The notes under the pieces: model-generated
Told to the model about the DNA's origin: nothing
Database searches by the model: none
The model's input: the letters and a program-made list of their open reading frames with translations, nothing else
In this document: positions 45,372 through 56,823 of the stretch, one piece after another
Position numbering within the stretch: the stretch's first letter is position 1
How the letters are laid out: each line of letters opens with the position of its first letter
IMG/VR virus record: IMGVR_UViG_3300009001_000006
Span: 49,833-113,832 of that record
Strand: one strand, 5' to 3'
DNA from: a virus
Length of the DNA stretch: 64,000 nt
Made by a program: the position numbers and the translations under genes

Positions 45372-47403
45372 ATTTTTTATAAATACCAACATATATATCG
45401 TTATTTGCGTCATTGGTAAACCAGGCAGGACCTTTATATAGGCTCTCTGTAGAATTCTTATATCTACCATCAACACCACCTATAACGTCATATTCTATGG
45501 GTGCATCAGCCCTACTGATAGATCTGGCTATAGAATTAGCTATAATTAATGAGCTATATCTATCTTTTCTTAATTTACCTCTTTTTGCTCCAGCTCCTTT
45601 GTTATCTGGAGTATCCCATTTCTCTCTTGATCCAGAACTATTGCTTGTTTGACTCATTACTATGGTGGTAAGCTCATTTTTCAATTCTTCAATTTCTAAA
45701 ATACACTCACCAAGAGTGTCATATACATTTTCTAGGTCTGTTTCTAATACATTCTGGGAGTCTTTTTCCATAGCTAATCCAAGAGTTAAATTATCGAAAG
45801 CTGGAAATAACAAAACTTTATCTTCAAAATCTTTTCTAAGACCATGATTGGCATGACTGGTCCAGTCAGATCTGGCGAATTGCACCAGCTCCAAAATATG
45901 TAAACCTGGCTTAGCGTCACTATCTTTACTCTTTTTATCATCTATAATAGGCCAGATGGGTAATTCATGCTCTTTTAATTTATTACTATCGTGCAAAGCC
46001 TCTTCGATAGCTATACCACCTCCCTGAGCATCTATACCTATTCTTTCGCAAGGAAAAACCTTCATTAAATCACGAATCTTTCTAGCGCAAAAACCATAAA
46101 AATCATTTTCATCTACAAGACCTGTTCTTTGTCGTTTCTTAAAATTTGTTCTATTTGTAGTCCAGCAATAAACTATCCTTGTATGATTATGGTGTAATTC
46201 AAGTACCACAATGCTAAAATTATCTTGCTCACTAGCAGGGTCAATGCCATAAATATATTTTTTGTCAGGATCCCCCTTAATTCTAGCATCAAATATAATA
46301 GGTTCATTATTGATAATGATTGGATTTTTATTATTAGTAACACAACTTTCTATTAGACTTCTACGAAAAAATCCACTGCTGTCTTTTGTGAAGCAAGCAG
46401 CATATTCCATGTTGTATATACCACTATGTATAGTTGCCCTAGCCCTAGCTACCTGCCTATCATCCATGAAACCCTTTGGTATCAATTCATATGGAATCCT
46501 AACTACGCTATAGTCTTTCCAGTTAAAATTTTGTGGCACCTCACCCTGGAATAATTTTTGTAACTGCTCTTCATTGCCTTTACTATGAATAATAGCCCTA
46601 TATCTCTCCCAATATTGAGCGAAATGCTTAAAGCTATAATCAGCCGTTCCTGCTATAATTGCCTGATTGCTTTTACGGTATTGTAAAGATTCCATTTCTT
46701 CATTCCATATCCCAAGATCTTTCATTAATTCTTTTTTAGCTTCTGCTTTGACATTACCCATAGGATCTGCTGATACCGCAGCGAAACCAGACACAACTGT
46801 TTCATATACCTCTGGTGATATAGATGCAAATTCGTCAGCAATAATAATATGAGCTCTTAAACCTCTAATTTTACTACCATCACCCAAAGGAATGGCTATG
46901 GTCCAGCTATCTCCATATCTCATAGTACATCTATCAACGTCTCGCCTTGGTCCATCATCATTACCATTAAAGATACTACGAATAATAGCTGACTTTCTCC
47001 ATATGGTTTCCATATATTCAAATATAACTTTACTCTGTCTAAACGCAGCTCCAACCACAACGATCTTGCTACCAGGAACAAAGATGCATTTTAAGGTACA
47101 ATACAAAGCTAATAAAAAAGATTTACCAAAACCACGACTAGCAATAAACATAGGGAACGGCCTATCCCAGAATTCTTGTAATATAGCAGCTTGAATTGGG
47201 TGTAGTTCAATATCCATTAAAAGTTTAGCTGTCATACTAAAATTATCTGGATTCTTAATAATATTGATCAGGTGGCGGTCTGGATTTTCAATATCCTTTT
47301 CTGACCTATTGATCATTAGGTTTTTATCTATCTTAATCTTGTCAATATCGCCTATATTCAACCAGGCATTATCTAAATAATTATTACTTACCATGTAATT
47401 CAT
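45370..47403 (-). CDS. terL: terminase large subunit
   Basis: LHPIQ; Walker A ASRGFGKS; IRGLRAHIIIADEF (Walker B); nuclease YGIDPASEQD and RKDRYSS. Confidence 0.95.
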   Translation of the reverse strand: MNYMVSNNYLDNAWLNIGDIDKIKIDKNLMINRSEKDIENPDRHLINIIKNPDNFSMTAKLLMDIELHPIQAAILQEFWDRPFPMFIASRGFGKSFLLALYCTLKCIFVPGSKIVVVGAAFRQSKVIFEYMETIWRKSAIIRSIFNGNDDGPRRDVDRCTMRYGDSWTIAIPLGDGSKIRGLRAHIIIADEFASISPEVYETVVSGFAAVSADPMGNVKAEAKKELMKDLGIWNEEMESLQYRKSNQAIIAGTADYSFKHFAQYWERYRAIIHSKGNEEQLQKLFQGEVPQNFNWKDYSVVRIPYELIPKGFMDDRQVARARATIHSGIYNMEYAACFTKDSSGFFRRSLIESCVTNNKNPIIINNEPIIFDARIKGDPDKKYIYGIDPASEQDNFSIVVLELHHNHTRIVYCWTTNRTNFKKRQRTGLVDENDFYGFCARKIRDLMKVFPCERIGIDAQGGGIAIEEALHDSNKLKEHELPIWPIIDDKKSKDSDAKPGLHILELVQFARSDWTSHANHGLRKDFEDKVLLFPAFDNLTLGLAMEKDSQNVLETDLENVYDTLGECILEIEELKNELTTIVMSQTSNSSGSREKWDTPDNKGAGAKRGKLRKDRYSSLIIANSIARSISRADAPIEYDVIGGVDGRYKNSTESLYKGPAWFTNDANNDIYVGIYKK

Positions 47404-47860
47404 TCACCCTCTTAAAGATAGAAAACGCCATCTGATTAGCAGCTTCTGGGTTATCGCAAAATACCACATTAATATTATGTTTGATCTGTAATTCTGTTAA
47501 ATATTTAAGTATATAAGCTGGTTTAATTTTTATTTTAGACCATAATCTTCTAGGTACGGTAGAGCCTATAGGATAGTTTAAAACATCCTGTAAACTAAAT
47601 TCTAATAAAATAAATTTGTATAGGTAGTCATTCATTCTTAATATTTCAGCTTTGAATCTAGCTTCAGAAATATTATTTGCGATCTCGCTCACACTGTTCT
47701 TTCTTTCGATACATAGTAAATCTTCTAAGCCCTCTATACTATAATCTCCAGTATCTAATTTTTTATTAATAGTATTACATCCAGCAAAAGCCCATGGTTT
47801 TTGTTCTCTGGTGTCTATGATTATATTAAAACTGTATTTCTTGTCTGATTCATGACCCAT
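47384..47860 (-). CDS. ERCC4/XPF-family nuclease
   Basis: IIIDTREQKP...LDTGDYS...CIERK. The start is likely the internal Met (MGHESD). Confidence 0.9.
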   Translation of the reverse strand: MGHESDKKYSFNIIIDTREQKPWAFAGCNTINKKLDTGDYSIEGLEDLLCIERKNSVSEIANNISEARFKAEILRMNDYLYKFILLEFSLQDVLNYPIGSTVPRRLWSKIKIKPAYILKYLTELQIKHNINVVFCDNPEAANQMAFSIFKRVNELHGK

Positions 47861-48524
47861 GGCAAAAATCCAGTGTTGGTTGAACTCTTTCTCTAATATC
47901 GGCCTGATCAAAATCAAATGCAATATCCGAAAATTCTAGCTTCATAAAATCTTTAATAGCCTTATTGAATATTTTCTTAACATTAGAACCAACGATTAAT
48001 AAATTAGTTAAAATATTATTATTGATGATTTTATTTTGATAAATACAAGATAATACGCTAGCATCTCTAAGATAAGATATATTAAAGGATTTACCATATA
48101 AATAAAAACAATATGAGATTACATCTTCTATTTTGGGTAAAAAATATCTTATGCCGTTATAGTATAACTTTTCTGGTGGGTTATATTGATATACTTTATC
48201 ATACCTATTAACACTATCTATATGTATAAAATTGGTGGTATATCGATCAATATACTTAAAGTTTATATTTTTATAGTTAAAAGAATGGTTAGAAATATTA
48301 CAATGATTCTTAGTAAGATGTATACATGTATTCAAAAATCTAAAACTATTAATAATTAAAGAATTAGTTTGAAATTCTCTAGGGTATGTTAAAAATAATT
48401 CTCCAGAATAATCAAAAAGATATAAGGCTAATGCAGGCTCCATCCCCAGTACACAAGAACACTCTTCAGTATAATTGCAAAATTCAGAATTGAATATTAA
48501 ATTATAAAGGTATAGGTTATTCAT
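47850..48524 (-). CDS. hypothetical protein (very AT-rich)
   Basis: Overlapping, coupled ORF; no recognised motif. Confidence 0.55.
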   Translation of the reverse strand: MNNLYLYNLIFNSEFCNYTEECSCVLGMEPALALYLFDYSGELFLTYPREFQTNSLIINSFRFLNTCIHLTKNHCNISNHSFNYKNINFKYIDRYTTNFIHIDSVNRYDKVYQYNPPEKLYYNGIRYFLPKIEDVISYCFYLYGKSFNISYLRDASVLSCIYQNKIINNNILTNLLIVGSNVKKIFNKAIKDFMKLEFSDIAFDFDQADIRERVQPTLDFCHGS

Positions 48525-48787
48525 TTTTTATTTGCTATAATTTTAAAAAACATCATTTCATAATTTTCTTCATTACTCTTGATTAGGTCGTGGTGATATT
48601 TACATAAAGTAATACCATTATTGGGATACAATCTTAACCCTGGGTAGTCTGCCCACTTCTTAATATGATGAGCGTTTAATTTACCTTTTTGTTTTTTACA
48701 TTCTGGCCACTGACACTTAAATTTGTCTCTAGCAAAAATTTGTTTAATCCACGCTTTATATTGTTGATCATATAATCTTTTATTCAT
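48521..48787 (-). CDS. HNH endonuclease (packaging-associated type)
   Basis: RDKFKCQWPEC...LNAHHI...NGITLCKYHH. Confidence 0.9.
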   Translation of the reverse strand: MNKRLYDQQYKAWIKQIFARDKFKCQWPECKKQKGKLNAHHIKKWADYPGLRLYPNNGITLCKYHHDLIKSNEENYEMMFFKIIANKK

Positions 48788-49598
48788 CTTGATTCTTTAG
48801 TACTGATTCCGCATTTAATATAGGTGTATCAAATTCATTATCTTGATATTGGTGTGGTGATTGTAAATCATCTTTAAATTTACTGGTAGCCATCTTTAGA
48901 ATTTCTAACTGGCGGCCTTCTTTTTCTCTGATGTCTTCATCTTCCAGCATCCTAATTAATCCTGTCCAACTGCTTTTGCCATCTTCAATCCTTTTAATTC
49001 TTTGTTCTCTAGTAGCTTTTAAATCTTTACTAATTTTTTGCTGTTCACTTAATAATTTGGTATATTCATTAGTATAGCTAGCGATACTATTTCTAGCAAA
49101 ACTTAATTGTGTTTCAAGATTTGCTAGCTTAGCGGTGTCTCTATCAGATTCTGGCATTTCATACTCAAAGTCTACCTGCCTTTGTAATTTTTCGGTTTCT
49201 GCAATATGTCTTTTACGCTCTTTCATACTTCTGTTAATAAGAATATCTATTGTAATAAACTGTTTAATTTGTAACTCTTCTGCTGGAAGAACATCTTCAC
49301 GAAATTGTTTAATAAGATTAATCCATGTATTTTCGAAATAATCTAATTCGCCAGTCTCTTTATCAAACTGCTTACATACCTCACCCCAAAAAGATTTAGA
49401 TCTAAGTTTAATACTTAAGATTTCATTATCAGCATGCTCTGCTGGTGTTTGCAGCAACTGATTTTTTTCTATGTATTTTTTAATAGGAGCTACATTTCTA
49501 TTTAAACTAACTGCTATATCTTCTATACTTGAAGAATTAGCATTTTCTTTAATGTACTTTTCTTCCTGTAGCGAAAGCTGTCCTCTTTTTTTAGTCAT
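48780..49598 (-). CDS. HTH/coiled-coil protein, candidate terminase small subunit
   Basis: N-terminal SIEDIAVSLNRN HTH, long coiled coil, upstream of TerL. Confidence 0.45.
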   Translation of the reverse strand: MTKKRGQLSLQEEKYIKENANSSSIEDIAVSLNRNVAPIKKYIEKNQLLQTPAEHADNEILSIKLRSKSFWGEVCKQFDKETGELDYFENTWINLIKQFREDVLPAEELQIKQFITIDILINRSMKERKRHIAETEKLQRQVDFEYEMPESDRDTAKLANLETQLSFARNSIASYTNEYTKLLSEQQKISKDLKATREQRIKRIEDGKSSWTGLIRMLEDEDIREKEGRQLEILKMATSKFKDDLQSPHQYQDNEFDTPILNAESVLKNQDE

Positions 49599-50241
49599 TT
49601 TTATATTTGGGTATGAGTTTCTTTTTAATAAAATTCTGTAACTTTACTTTATCGTTTTTTATGACCTTTTGTCCGTGTTTTAATTTTAGGTATGTGCTTC
49701 TGTATTTTACTGGTAAATTTTCTTCTATAAAATCGACTAGTTGCTGGTCTGATATATGATCCACAAAATCTTTAGTATTCGCTGGGTCTATATTGTCTAT
49801 ATAAGATGGTTGAATAATTCCTTTTTTGTTATTATTTCTGTTAAACCAAGATCTATAAGCATGACAGTTGAATTTATCGTTAAACTCTTCACAATCCTTA
49901 CCGTCTTTATTTTTAGGATTATATAATGGGCAAGTTAAGCAAGGTTTGTCTGGACGCTGATAATTATCTCTCTTATAATTAAAAAGCCTATTTCTTACAT
50001 GTGTCCACAAAAAATTCTCTAACGGTCTAGAGTGATCATATTTTTCTAATCCTTCAAGAGCAAAAATCGCTGCTTGTTGCTTCATATCATTAATATCATG
50101 ATAAGCAAACTTGAATTTATAACAGAGTCTTTTGCTTATATTGTCTAAAACAGCTAGAAACTCTTCTTCTGTTACATTTACTTTATTCTGTATTTTCTTC
50201 GTTGTTTTTTTCGTTGTTTTTTTCGGAATTTTCTTCCTCAT
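49591..50241 (-). CDS. phage RNA polymerase sigma factor-like protein
   Basis: Region 2 signature DMKQQAAIFALEGLEKYD..RPLENFLWTHVRNRLFNYKRD; Cys cluster insert; short C-terminus. Confidence 0.75.
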   Translation of the reverse strand: MRKKIPKKTTKKTTKKIQNKVNVTEEEFLAVLDNISKRLCYKFKFAYHDINDMKQQAAIFALEGLEKYDHSRPLENFLWTHVRNRLFNYKRDNYQRPDKPCLTCPLYNPKNKDGKDCEEFNDKFNCHAYRSWFNRNNNKKGIIQPSYIDNIDPANTKDFVDHISDQQLVDFIEENLPVKYRSTYLKLKHGQKVIKNDKVKLQNFIKKKLIPKYKND

Positions 50242-50359
50242 ATAATTCTGCTATACTTTTATATTGATTATTATTAAGGTCATCAGATATATCAAGATTT
50301 TCTGATGCTACTACCTTAATGGTTGAATTAGCTAGGTTGTTATACTTTTTATGTTTCAT
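50183..50359 (-). CDS. small acidic protein (58 aa, not in the ORF track)
   Basis: MKHKKYNNLANSTIKVVASENLDISDD...; downstream of the late motif at 50408-50415. Confidence 0.45.
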   Translation of the reverse strand: MKHKKYNNLANSTIKVVASENLDISDDLNNNQYKSIAELYEEENSEKNNEKNNEENTE

Positions 50360-50407
50360 ATGATTGACCGTTTTCTCAAAAGGGTTAATATACTATTATA
50401 CTATTTA

Positions 50408-50415
50408 ATTACACC
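50408..50415 (-). promoter_or_regulatory. putative late promoter motif GGTGTAAT
   Basis: About 50 nt upstream of the start at 50359. Confidence 0.5.
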
Positions 50416-50437
50416 GAGTAAAGCAAGGTAACTTAAT

Positions 50438-50635
50438 ATGTCTAAAACATATAAAAAATGGAGAGAAGAAGATATAGAATTTATTAGAAATAATAGTCCA
50501 TTAATGCCCGATAACGTTGTAGCTATGACATTATCCAAAATTACTGGATATCATATATCTACTGATATGGTAAGAGCACAAAGACGTCGATTAAAAATAG
50601 TAAAAAACAGAGGTAGGCAACCAAAAAGTCCATAG
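50438..50635 (+). CDS. small basic HTH-like DNA-binding protein
   Basis: KKWREEDIEFIR...VRAQRRRLKI; AAGG RBS; divergent from the sigma operon. Confidence 0.7.
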   Translation: MSKTYKKWREEDIEFIRNNSPLMPDNVVAMTLSKITGYHISTDMVRAQRRRLKIVKNRGRQPKSP

Positions 50636-50639
50636 AAAC

Positions 50640-50828
50640 TTATTCGGCGTCACCTACTTGATCAATTACAAATAATTGTGTATTATTAGTTAGTTTGCCA
50701 ATATTATATGTAATATTAGATTGCTGCGGATATATATAATCTTTATTAATTTTAGTATTTTGCGTATCTTTTTTATCTATAAATGTATTAAATCTACTAG
50801 TTAAATTTTTACCGTATAAAATATTCAT
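50640..50828 (-). CDS. small protein, distant member of the IY..YG partner family
   Basis: MNILYGKNLTSRFN versus MNSIYVSYGSRISKSNRNFN. Confidence 0.5.
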   Translation of the reverse strand: MNILYGKNLTSRFNTFIDKKDTQNTKINKDYIYPQQSNITYNIGKLTNNTQLFVIDQVGDAE

Positions 50829-50842
50829 ATCAATACTTGGGT

Positions 50843-51895
50843 TTAGGGTAAGAAAATATCTGAAAGCACAGCTTGTGTATAATTTTTACATACACAATCA
50901 TTAGGATCTCGACTTTGTCCAGATGGGCATGCATTATAACACTTTCCTTTGCATTCTTTCATACCCTGAGGACATACACACTTGCATTTTCCTGCTGGAT
51001 CTGGTACTTTACCTCCACTGCAGCCTTTTTGTAAAAGCTTACATACACACTGACAATTATCAGCATCAAAATCAGGTAATGCTCCATCGCTATAATAATC
51101 ACAATCTAATCCCTGTTTATATAAAACTTCTTCAAAATAGCAATAACAGCTACAAGTAGAGTCTCTCAGACTGGGTTTGTTTGGAGGGCATTTTTTGACG
51201 AATTGTAGATTTACAGATTCTTTATATGCGCATTTACAGCTACAATCCTCTTTGTCAAAATCGGGAGTACTGCCTGTACATGGTTCCTCACTTGCATGTT
51301 TACAATAACATGAGCAATCCTTAGATTTGAAGTGTGGCAACCTTCTATATTTACCTTGACCACATCTAGGTCCGCCAGGTTCGTTAAGTGGACATACACA
51401 TTCACAATCTTGATCTCCGGTTTTGTTGCCGGCTAAGTCTGTAGTCCATGTTATTTTTAGTTTAGGACGACTAGGGTCCTCAGCTTTACAGTCGTAACCA
51501 ACATCACAGCCACAATTACATGGTTGAATAACCACCTTCATATCATCTCCGCAAGGATTTATATCAGGATTTTTTTTCATTTGATAAATATAGGTACAAC
51601 CACAACCACAGAATTCAGACATAAAATGTGGATACTCAGGTTTATCGCATGGTCCAATCTTAGTAGGGTCACATTCACAACCGCAAGGGGCTTTCCAATG
51701 AGGTGTACCAGATTTTCCAGTAACAGGATCTATATTTCTAGATTTACATAAATATACATTCTTATCATAATCAATCGCTGTACATCCACAGCACTTACCA
51801 CCATAACCCTTTTGCCACGGATCTAAAGAAGATCCATCAGGATCTTGATCTGGTCTGGGACATGGGCAATTACTATTACAACATTCAGCGGCCAT
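50843..51895 (-). CDS. Cys-rich CxCxC repeat protein
   Basis: Repeats PDFDKEDCSCKC, PSLRDSTCSCYC, PDFDADNCQCVC; ends YTQAVLSDIFLP. Confidence 0.85.
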   Translation of the reverse strand: MAAECCNSNCPCPRPDQDPDGSSLDPWQKGYGGKCCGCTAIDYDKNVYLCKSRNIDPVTGKSGTPHWKAPCGCECDPTKIGPCDKPEYPHFMSEFCGCGCTYIYQMKKNPDINPCGDDMKVVIQPCNCGCDVGYDCKAEDPSRPKLKITWTTDLAGNKTGDQDCECVCPLNEPGGPRCGQGKYRRLPHFKSKDCSCYCKHASEEPCTGSTPDFDKEDCSCKCAYKESVNLQFVKKCPPNKPSLRDSTCSCYCYFEEVLYKQGLDCDYYSDGALPDFDADNCQCVCKLLQKGCSGGKVPDPAGKCKCVCPQGMKECKGKCYNACPSGQSRDPNDCVCKNYTQAVLSDIFLP

Positions 51896-51897
51896 AA

Positions 51898-53028
51898 TTA
51901 CACCTTATTAGGAAAACGTTTAAATTTTAAGCCCGTAACAATAGGGTTGTGCATATCTTGCAAAAGATTAAAGTCAATAGTAATATAGTTATCAGATGTG
52001 TAAATATTATCATTCATATGAAAATAAAATTTCGTATCAACATCTATATTATTACCAGAAGATAAACATATAATATCATTAATTACAAACTCTGTTTCAT
52101 TAATTTCAACACCGGTGAGATCATAATCATAGTCAAGATAAATAGATTGTGGTAATGTAATATAATCTTGACCATCTTTTTCTGCGTATACATATACATT
52201 ATTATAAACCGGATAATATCTTTGTAATGTTGAGACAATATTAGCAATACTATAATCATCATTAATAGTGATATTAGCGCCAGATCCTGTTTGCCCTAAA
52301 TATACTACCTGTGGAGCTACCGTAATATCGGTCATATCATTAAATAAACTCACTGATAAAATTTCACCAGTATCACTATTTATTTGTTCTACTGTCAGCA
52401 AAGCTTGTCCGGTGCTACCAGCTGATATAATATTGAATGTGTCTCCAACCTGATAATTGCTGCCACCAGTAATTGATATTGTATTATCGTTAATAGTTAA
52501 ACTTACTTGTATATACTCTTTATCAAAGTCGTTAGTAGATTCATTTAAGCAAGATAAATAAAATAAACTATTTAGTTTATAACCTTGCTGAATAACGGCA
52601 AAACCACTATCAAGTATACCAATAGGTTTTGCGTAATAAGTTAAATTATCCGAATCTATTATATTATCACCGGTAAAAATACCATTTGAGATAATTTCAG
52701 TATTGTGTAGTGTGGTATTATATTTGACTAAAAAAGATTCTTGTTGAAATTGGTATGTATTTTCAGGAAAGGAATCATTTGTGATATATATATAAGGTGA
52801 TTGAGAATTGATGTTATCAATAACTAAAGAGTTAGAAGAAAGAGATAAAAGTACCATAAATTCTGGCTTACTGCCTTGATAATATTTATCAACCTCTAAA
52901 TAAATATCTTTATAAACCTTTTGGGAAGTATCAATACTATCGCATATGCTATTATATAATGGAAAACCTTGTAATGTTAATGGTTCTCTATAATTTTGTG
53001 TAATTTCGTAAATATTGTGAATAGCCAT
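51898..53028 (-). CDS. putative virion protein with baseplate-wedge-like GGxxY repeats
   Basis: ITGGSNYQVGDTF...GEILSVSL...GSGANI. Confidence 0.5.
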   Translation of the reverse strand: MAIHNIYEITQNYREPLTLQGFPLYNSICDSIDTSQKVYKDIYLEVDKYYQGSKPEFMVLLSLSSNSLVIDNINSQSPYIYITNDSFPENTYQFQQESFLVKYNTTLHNTEIISNGIFTGDNIIDSDNLTYYAKPIGILDSGFAVIQQGYKLNSLFYLSCLNESTNDFDKEYIQVSLTINDNTISITGGSNYQVGDTFNIISAGSTGQALLTVEQINSDTGEILSVSLFNDMTDITVAPQVVYLGQTGSGANITINDDYSIANIVSTLQRYYPVYNNVYVYAEKDGQDYITLPQSIYLDYDYDLTGVEINETEFVINDIICLSSGNNIDVDTKFYFHMNDNIYTSDNYITIDFNLLQDMHNPIVTGLKFKRFPNKV

Positions 53029-53076
53029 ATTTAAAAACTCTCTGTATGCAGCATATAAATGATTTGACTCTGGGTT

Positions 53077-54264
<1,188 letters not shown>

Positions 54265-54304
54265 ATCTTGCGCCTTTGTGTTTAGTTAATAACATATATA
54301 TTAT

Positions 54305-54312
54305 TATACACC
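54305..54312 (-). promoter_or_regulatory. putative late promoter motif GGTGTATA
   Basis: 41 nt upstream of the start at 54264, just after a terminator. Confidence 0.65.
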
Positions 54313-54319
54313 AACATCC

Positions 54320-54351
54320 AAAAAAAAAGCACCCGCTTTCGAGGGTGCTTC
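54320..54351 (-). terminator. intrinsic terminator
   Basis: Minus strand GAAGCACCCTC-GAAA-GCGGGTGC-T9. Confidence 0.9.
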
Positions 54352-54379
54352 AAGAAATAATTCTATTTATAAAAATAGA

Positions 54380-54982
54380 TCAATCTTCGTTATCTAGGTC
54401 CTCGTCATTTTCTGGAACTGGCTGATTAGCAAGTAATTTTCTAGACTTTTTAATAGCTCGGTTAACCATAACCTTGCCAACCATCTTTACGAATGGTAGT
54501 CCTCTATTCTTGGCTTCTTGATCAAGCCAACCTACAACAGTATCAATATTTTGTTCACACCAATCGTTACCTTTTTCATTCATATTAATAGCGTGGCGAC
54601 GACAAGAGCAGCTATCGCTCATATGAATACCAAGACTTTTAATCATTTTACTAAGTTGAGTTCCTGGTCCATGCGGATCTTCTTCCATAGTTTTTGGAAA
54701 AAGACTTCTTAAGAACTTGTCTGGGTGATCACCCATCAAAACTCTCAACCTATCTTCTAGCTGAGATTTAGTCCAATCTCCAAGTTCTTCATAACTAGCA
54801 GCACTATATAGCTGTACCGGCAATGGAATTTGATCAATTTGAACGCTGATAGTTTTGTGTGTAGGATCATCCATATAAACAACTTTTAACGTATCAGTAA
54901 CAATAGGGTCTGGCGTAGTAACATTACCAGCGTTGTCTGAATATGGAGGAGGCTGAACTGTAATTTTCTGATTTAATTTCAT
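54380..54982 (-). CDS. hypothetical protein with GPGT...CSC...WC motif
   Basis: Has its own sigma70 promoter and terminator; AGGA RBS. Confidence 0.8.
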   Translation of the reverse strand: MKLNQKITVQPPPYSDNAGNVTTPDPIVTDTLKVVYMDDPTHKTISVQIDQIPLPVQLYSAASYEELGDWTKSQLEDRLRVLMGDHPDKFLRSLFPKTMEEDPHGPGTQLSKMIKSLGIHMSDSCSCRRHAINMNEKGNDWCEQNIDTVVGWLDQEAKNRGLPFVKMVGKVMVNRAIKKSRKLLANQPVPENDEDLDNED

Positions 54983-55031
54983 AGTAATTTTCCTTTGTTC
55001 CTATAGAAAGCGGGTTAAAACGCGTTAATAT

Positions 55032-55059
55032 ATAATAACGGTCAAAAATCCGATGTCAA
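55032..55059 (-). promoter_or_regulatory. sigma70-type promoter
   Basis: TTGACA-16nt-TATTAT on the minus strand. Confidence 0.6.
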
Positions 55060-55081
55060 GCAAAAAATAATATCGCAATAA

Positions 55082-55921
55082 TTATGGCACAATAGTGCTT
55101 TGTAATATATTTTGAGAATATGAGCTACAAGGATTTCCATCATTATCATATGCGTCTGGGTCAGGTACGCAAATTCCTAAATCACACTTTTCACATTCAC
55201 CACAAGCGGCTCCGGGCATACATCTCCCAAATTCACATTTAGCGCAGTCTAGTAATAGAGGATTACAACCAGGAACACATTTACCAGTGATGGATGATGT
55301 ATAATAACATTTTAAAGGATCTATGCAACTACCATCACAACAGTAAGTTTTGTCACCCTCTGTGCATAAAAATGTATTTGGGTTTTGACCATTGGTGCAA
55401 AAAGCTACATCGTTATTGCATTCTAAACACTGCTCTTGAAGAGTTGGACCGGGGCCTGGCAGATCATCACATGAATAAGTACCAAGACCACTGCTGTTAC
55501 ATATATAACACGGTCCACATAACTGACAGCCAACGCTCATGATCTCTTTACAAGTTGGCTGTAAAAAAGCATTTAATCCAGGAGCATGAATAGAACAAGG
55601 ATTAAGATAATCTGCGTGATACCATTTCCCTCTCAAGCAAGACACACAAGCATTATCAGGATGAATATCTCCATCTAAACAAGCTGGATTCCATGTGCCT
55701 GGACCTCCAATACTTGCTATGTTTACAAGACCAGACAAAGCTCCAGAACTAGCTGTTAAACCTAGTATAGAACCTGTTTGTCTAGCATCACTAGCAGGAA
55801 CCTCATTACCTATAACACCCCTAACATTAGGATCATTATTAATAATAGGCTCATCTGGTATCTGATTCACAGGTACCTGTGGTACGATTTTTGATCCATT
55901 TATAATAACAGGTCTATTCAT
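55082..55921 (-). CDS. Cys-rich protein
   Basis: Many CxxC/CxxCxxC motifs; ends YSQNILQSTIVP. Confidence 0.85.
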   Translation of the reverse strand: MNRPVIINGSKIVPQVPVNQIPDEPIINNDPNVRGVIGNEVPASDARQTGSILGLTASSGALSGLVNIASIGGPGTWNPACLDGDIHPDNACVSCLRGKWYHADYLNPCSIHAPGLNAFLQPTCKEIMSVGCQLCGPCYICNSSGLGTYSCDDLPGPGPTLQEQCLECNNDVAFCTNGQNPNTFLCTEGDKTYCCDGSCIDPLKCYYTSSITGKCVPGCNPLLLDCAKCEFGRCMPGAACGECEKCDLGICVPDPDAYDNDGNPCSSYSQNILQSTIVP

Positions 55922-55930
55922 ATTATTAAT

Positions 55931-56800
55931 CTAAGGTATTAAGTTAATAGAAAGTGCATCTGCATCGTAAACACAAGAACAAGTATCAGCATCAAATTTA
56001 CTATCTTCATTTTGTTCTTTGCATTTATCTTCATTTAGGTTACAAACACATGTACAATCAGCCAAACCATTGAAGACCCTATTCAATACTTCTGGCTGAT
56101 CTTGTGGACATTCTGTTTGGCCAGCAGGAGTAAATAAAGGAGGTTCAGATCCGTAATTGCGAAATTTACACTCACACCTACCGCTTTTTTCAAGAGGATT
56201 ATCTGGATTATTATAAAATAAGTCTATTACACAAACAGTAACTGCGCTACACTGACTTACACAAATTTTTCTTTTATGACTAGCATCCTCCCACTCACAC
56301 TCTTCGCAATTTTTAATGCAGTCGGTACCGCAATTATCTGGTATGCACTTTCCTTTAGAGTTGCATTCATAACCCTCTCCGCATTTGTCTACCCATTTAT
56401 CCCCCCCAGGACTTTGTGGATCTGCTACGCACTTTACGCAAGGATCTGGTACTGGCAATGGATTCCCAGGGATATTGATCAATGGGGCCGTTTTACTCAC
56501 CCATTTTCTGACAGAACGAGGTTTCGCATCGGGCTTGCCTACTGCTTTCTCTGTACAATCTTTGCAGGGTTTTTCTATATTTTTGATGATCTTTCTCTGA
56601 TTTTTCCTATCCCATTCACAAGTGCTGCAGGGAAAGAGATTATTGTGGTGTATCCAACTTGATGCGGGAACCTGCTGACCACGTATATTTAAAAAATACG
56701 ATTCGCAAGATTCACACTCCCATTGCGTTAAAGGTGCGCATTTGAGATAAGGATTATCACTAACAATAATAGGTGGTCCTGTTCTTGATTCTGTGCCCAT
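55931..56800 (-). CDS. Cys-rich protein
   Basis: CxxC and CxCxC (KFDADTCSCVY); ends YDADALSINLIP; AGGAG RBS. Confidence 0.85.
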   Translation of the reverse strand: MGTESRTGPPIIVSDNPYLKCAPLTQWECESCESYFLNIRGQQVPASSWIHHNNLFPCSTCEWDRKNQRKIIKNIEKPCKDCTEKAVGKPDAKPRSVRKWVSKTAPLINIPGNPLPVPDPCVKCVADPQSPGGDKWVDKCGEGYECNSKGKCIPDNCGTDCIKNCEECEWEDASHKRKICVSQCSAVTVCVIDLFYNNPDNPLEKSGRCECKFRNYGSEPPLFTPAGQTECPQDQPEVLNRVFNGLADCTCVCNLNEDKCKEQNEDSKFDADTCSCVYDADALSINLIP

Positions 56801-56823
56801 TATATTAAAACTCCTATGTTTTA

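Noticed and set aside
51896-51905. Extra GGTGTAAT late motif
   Set aside because: Formed by the last codons of the upstream gene and only a few nt from the next ATG, unlike the 41-55 nt spacing of the other copies.
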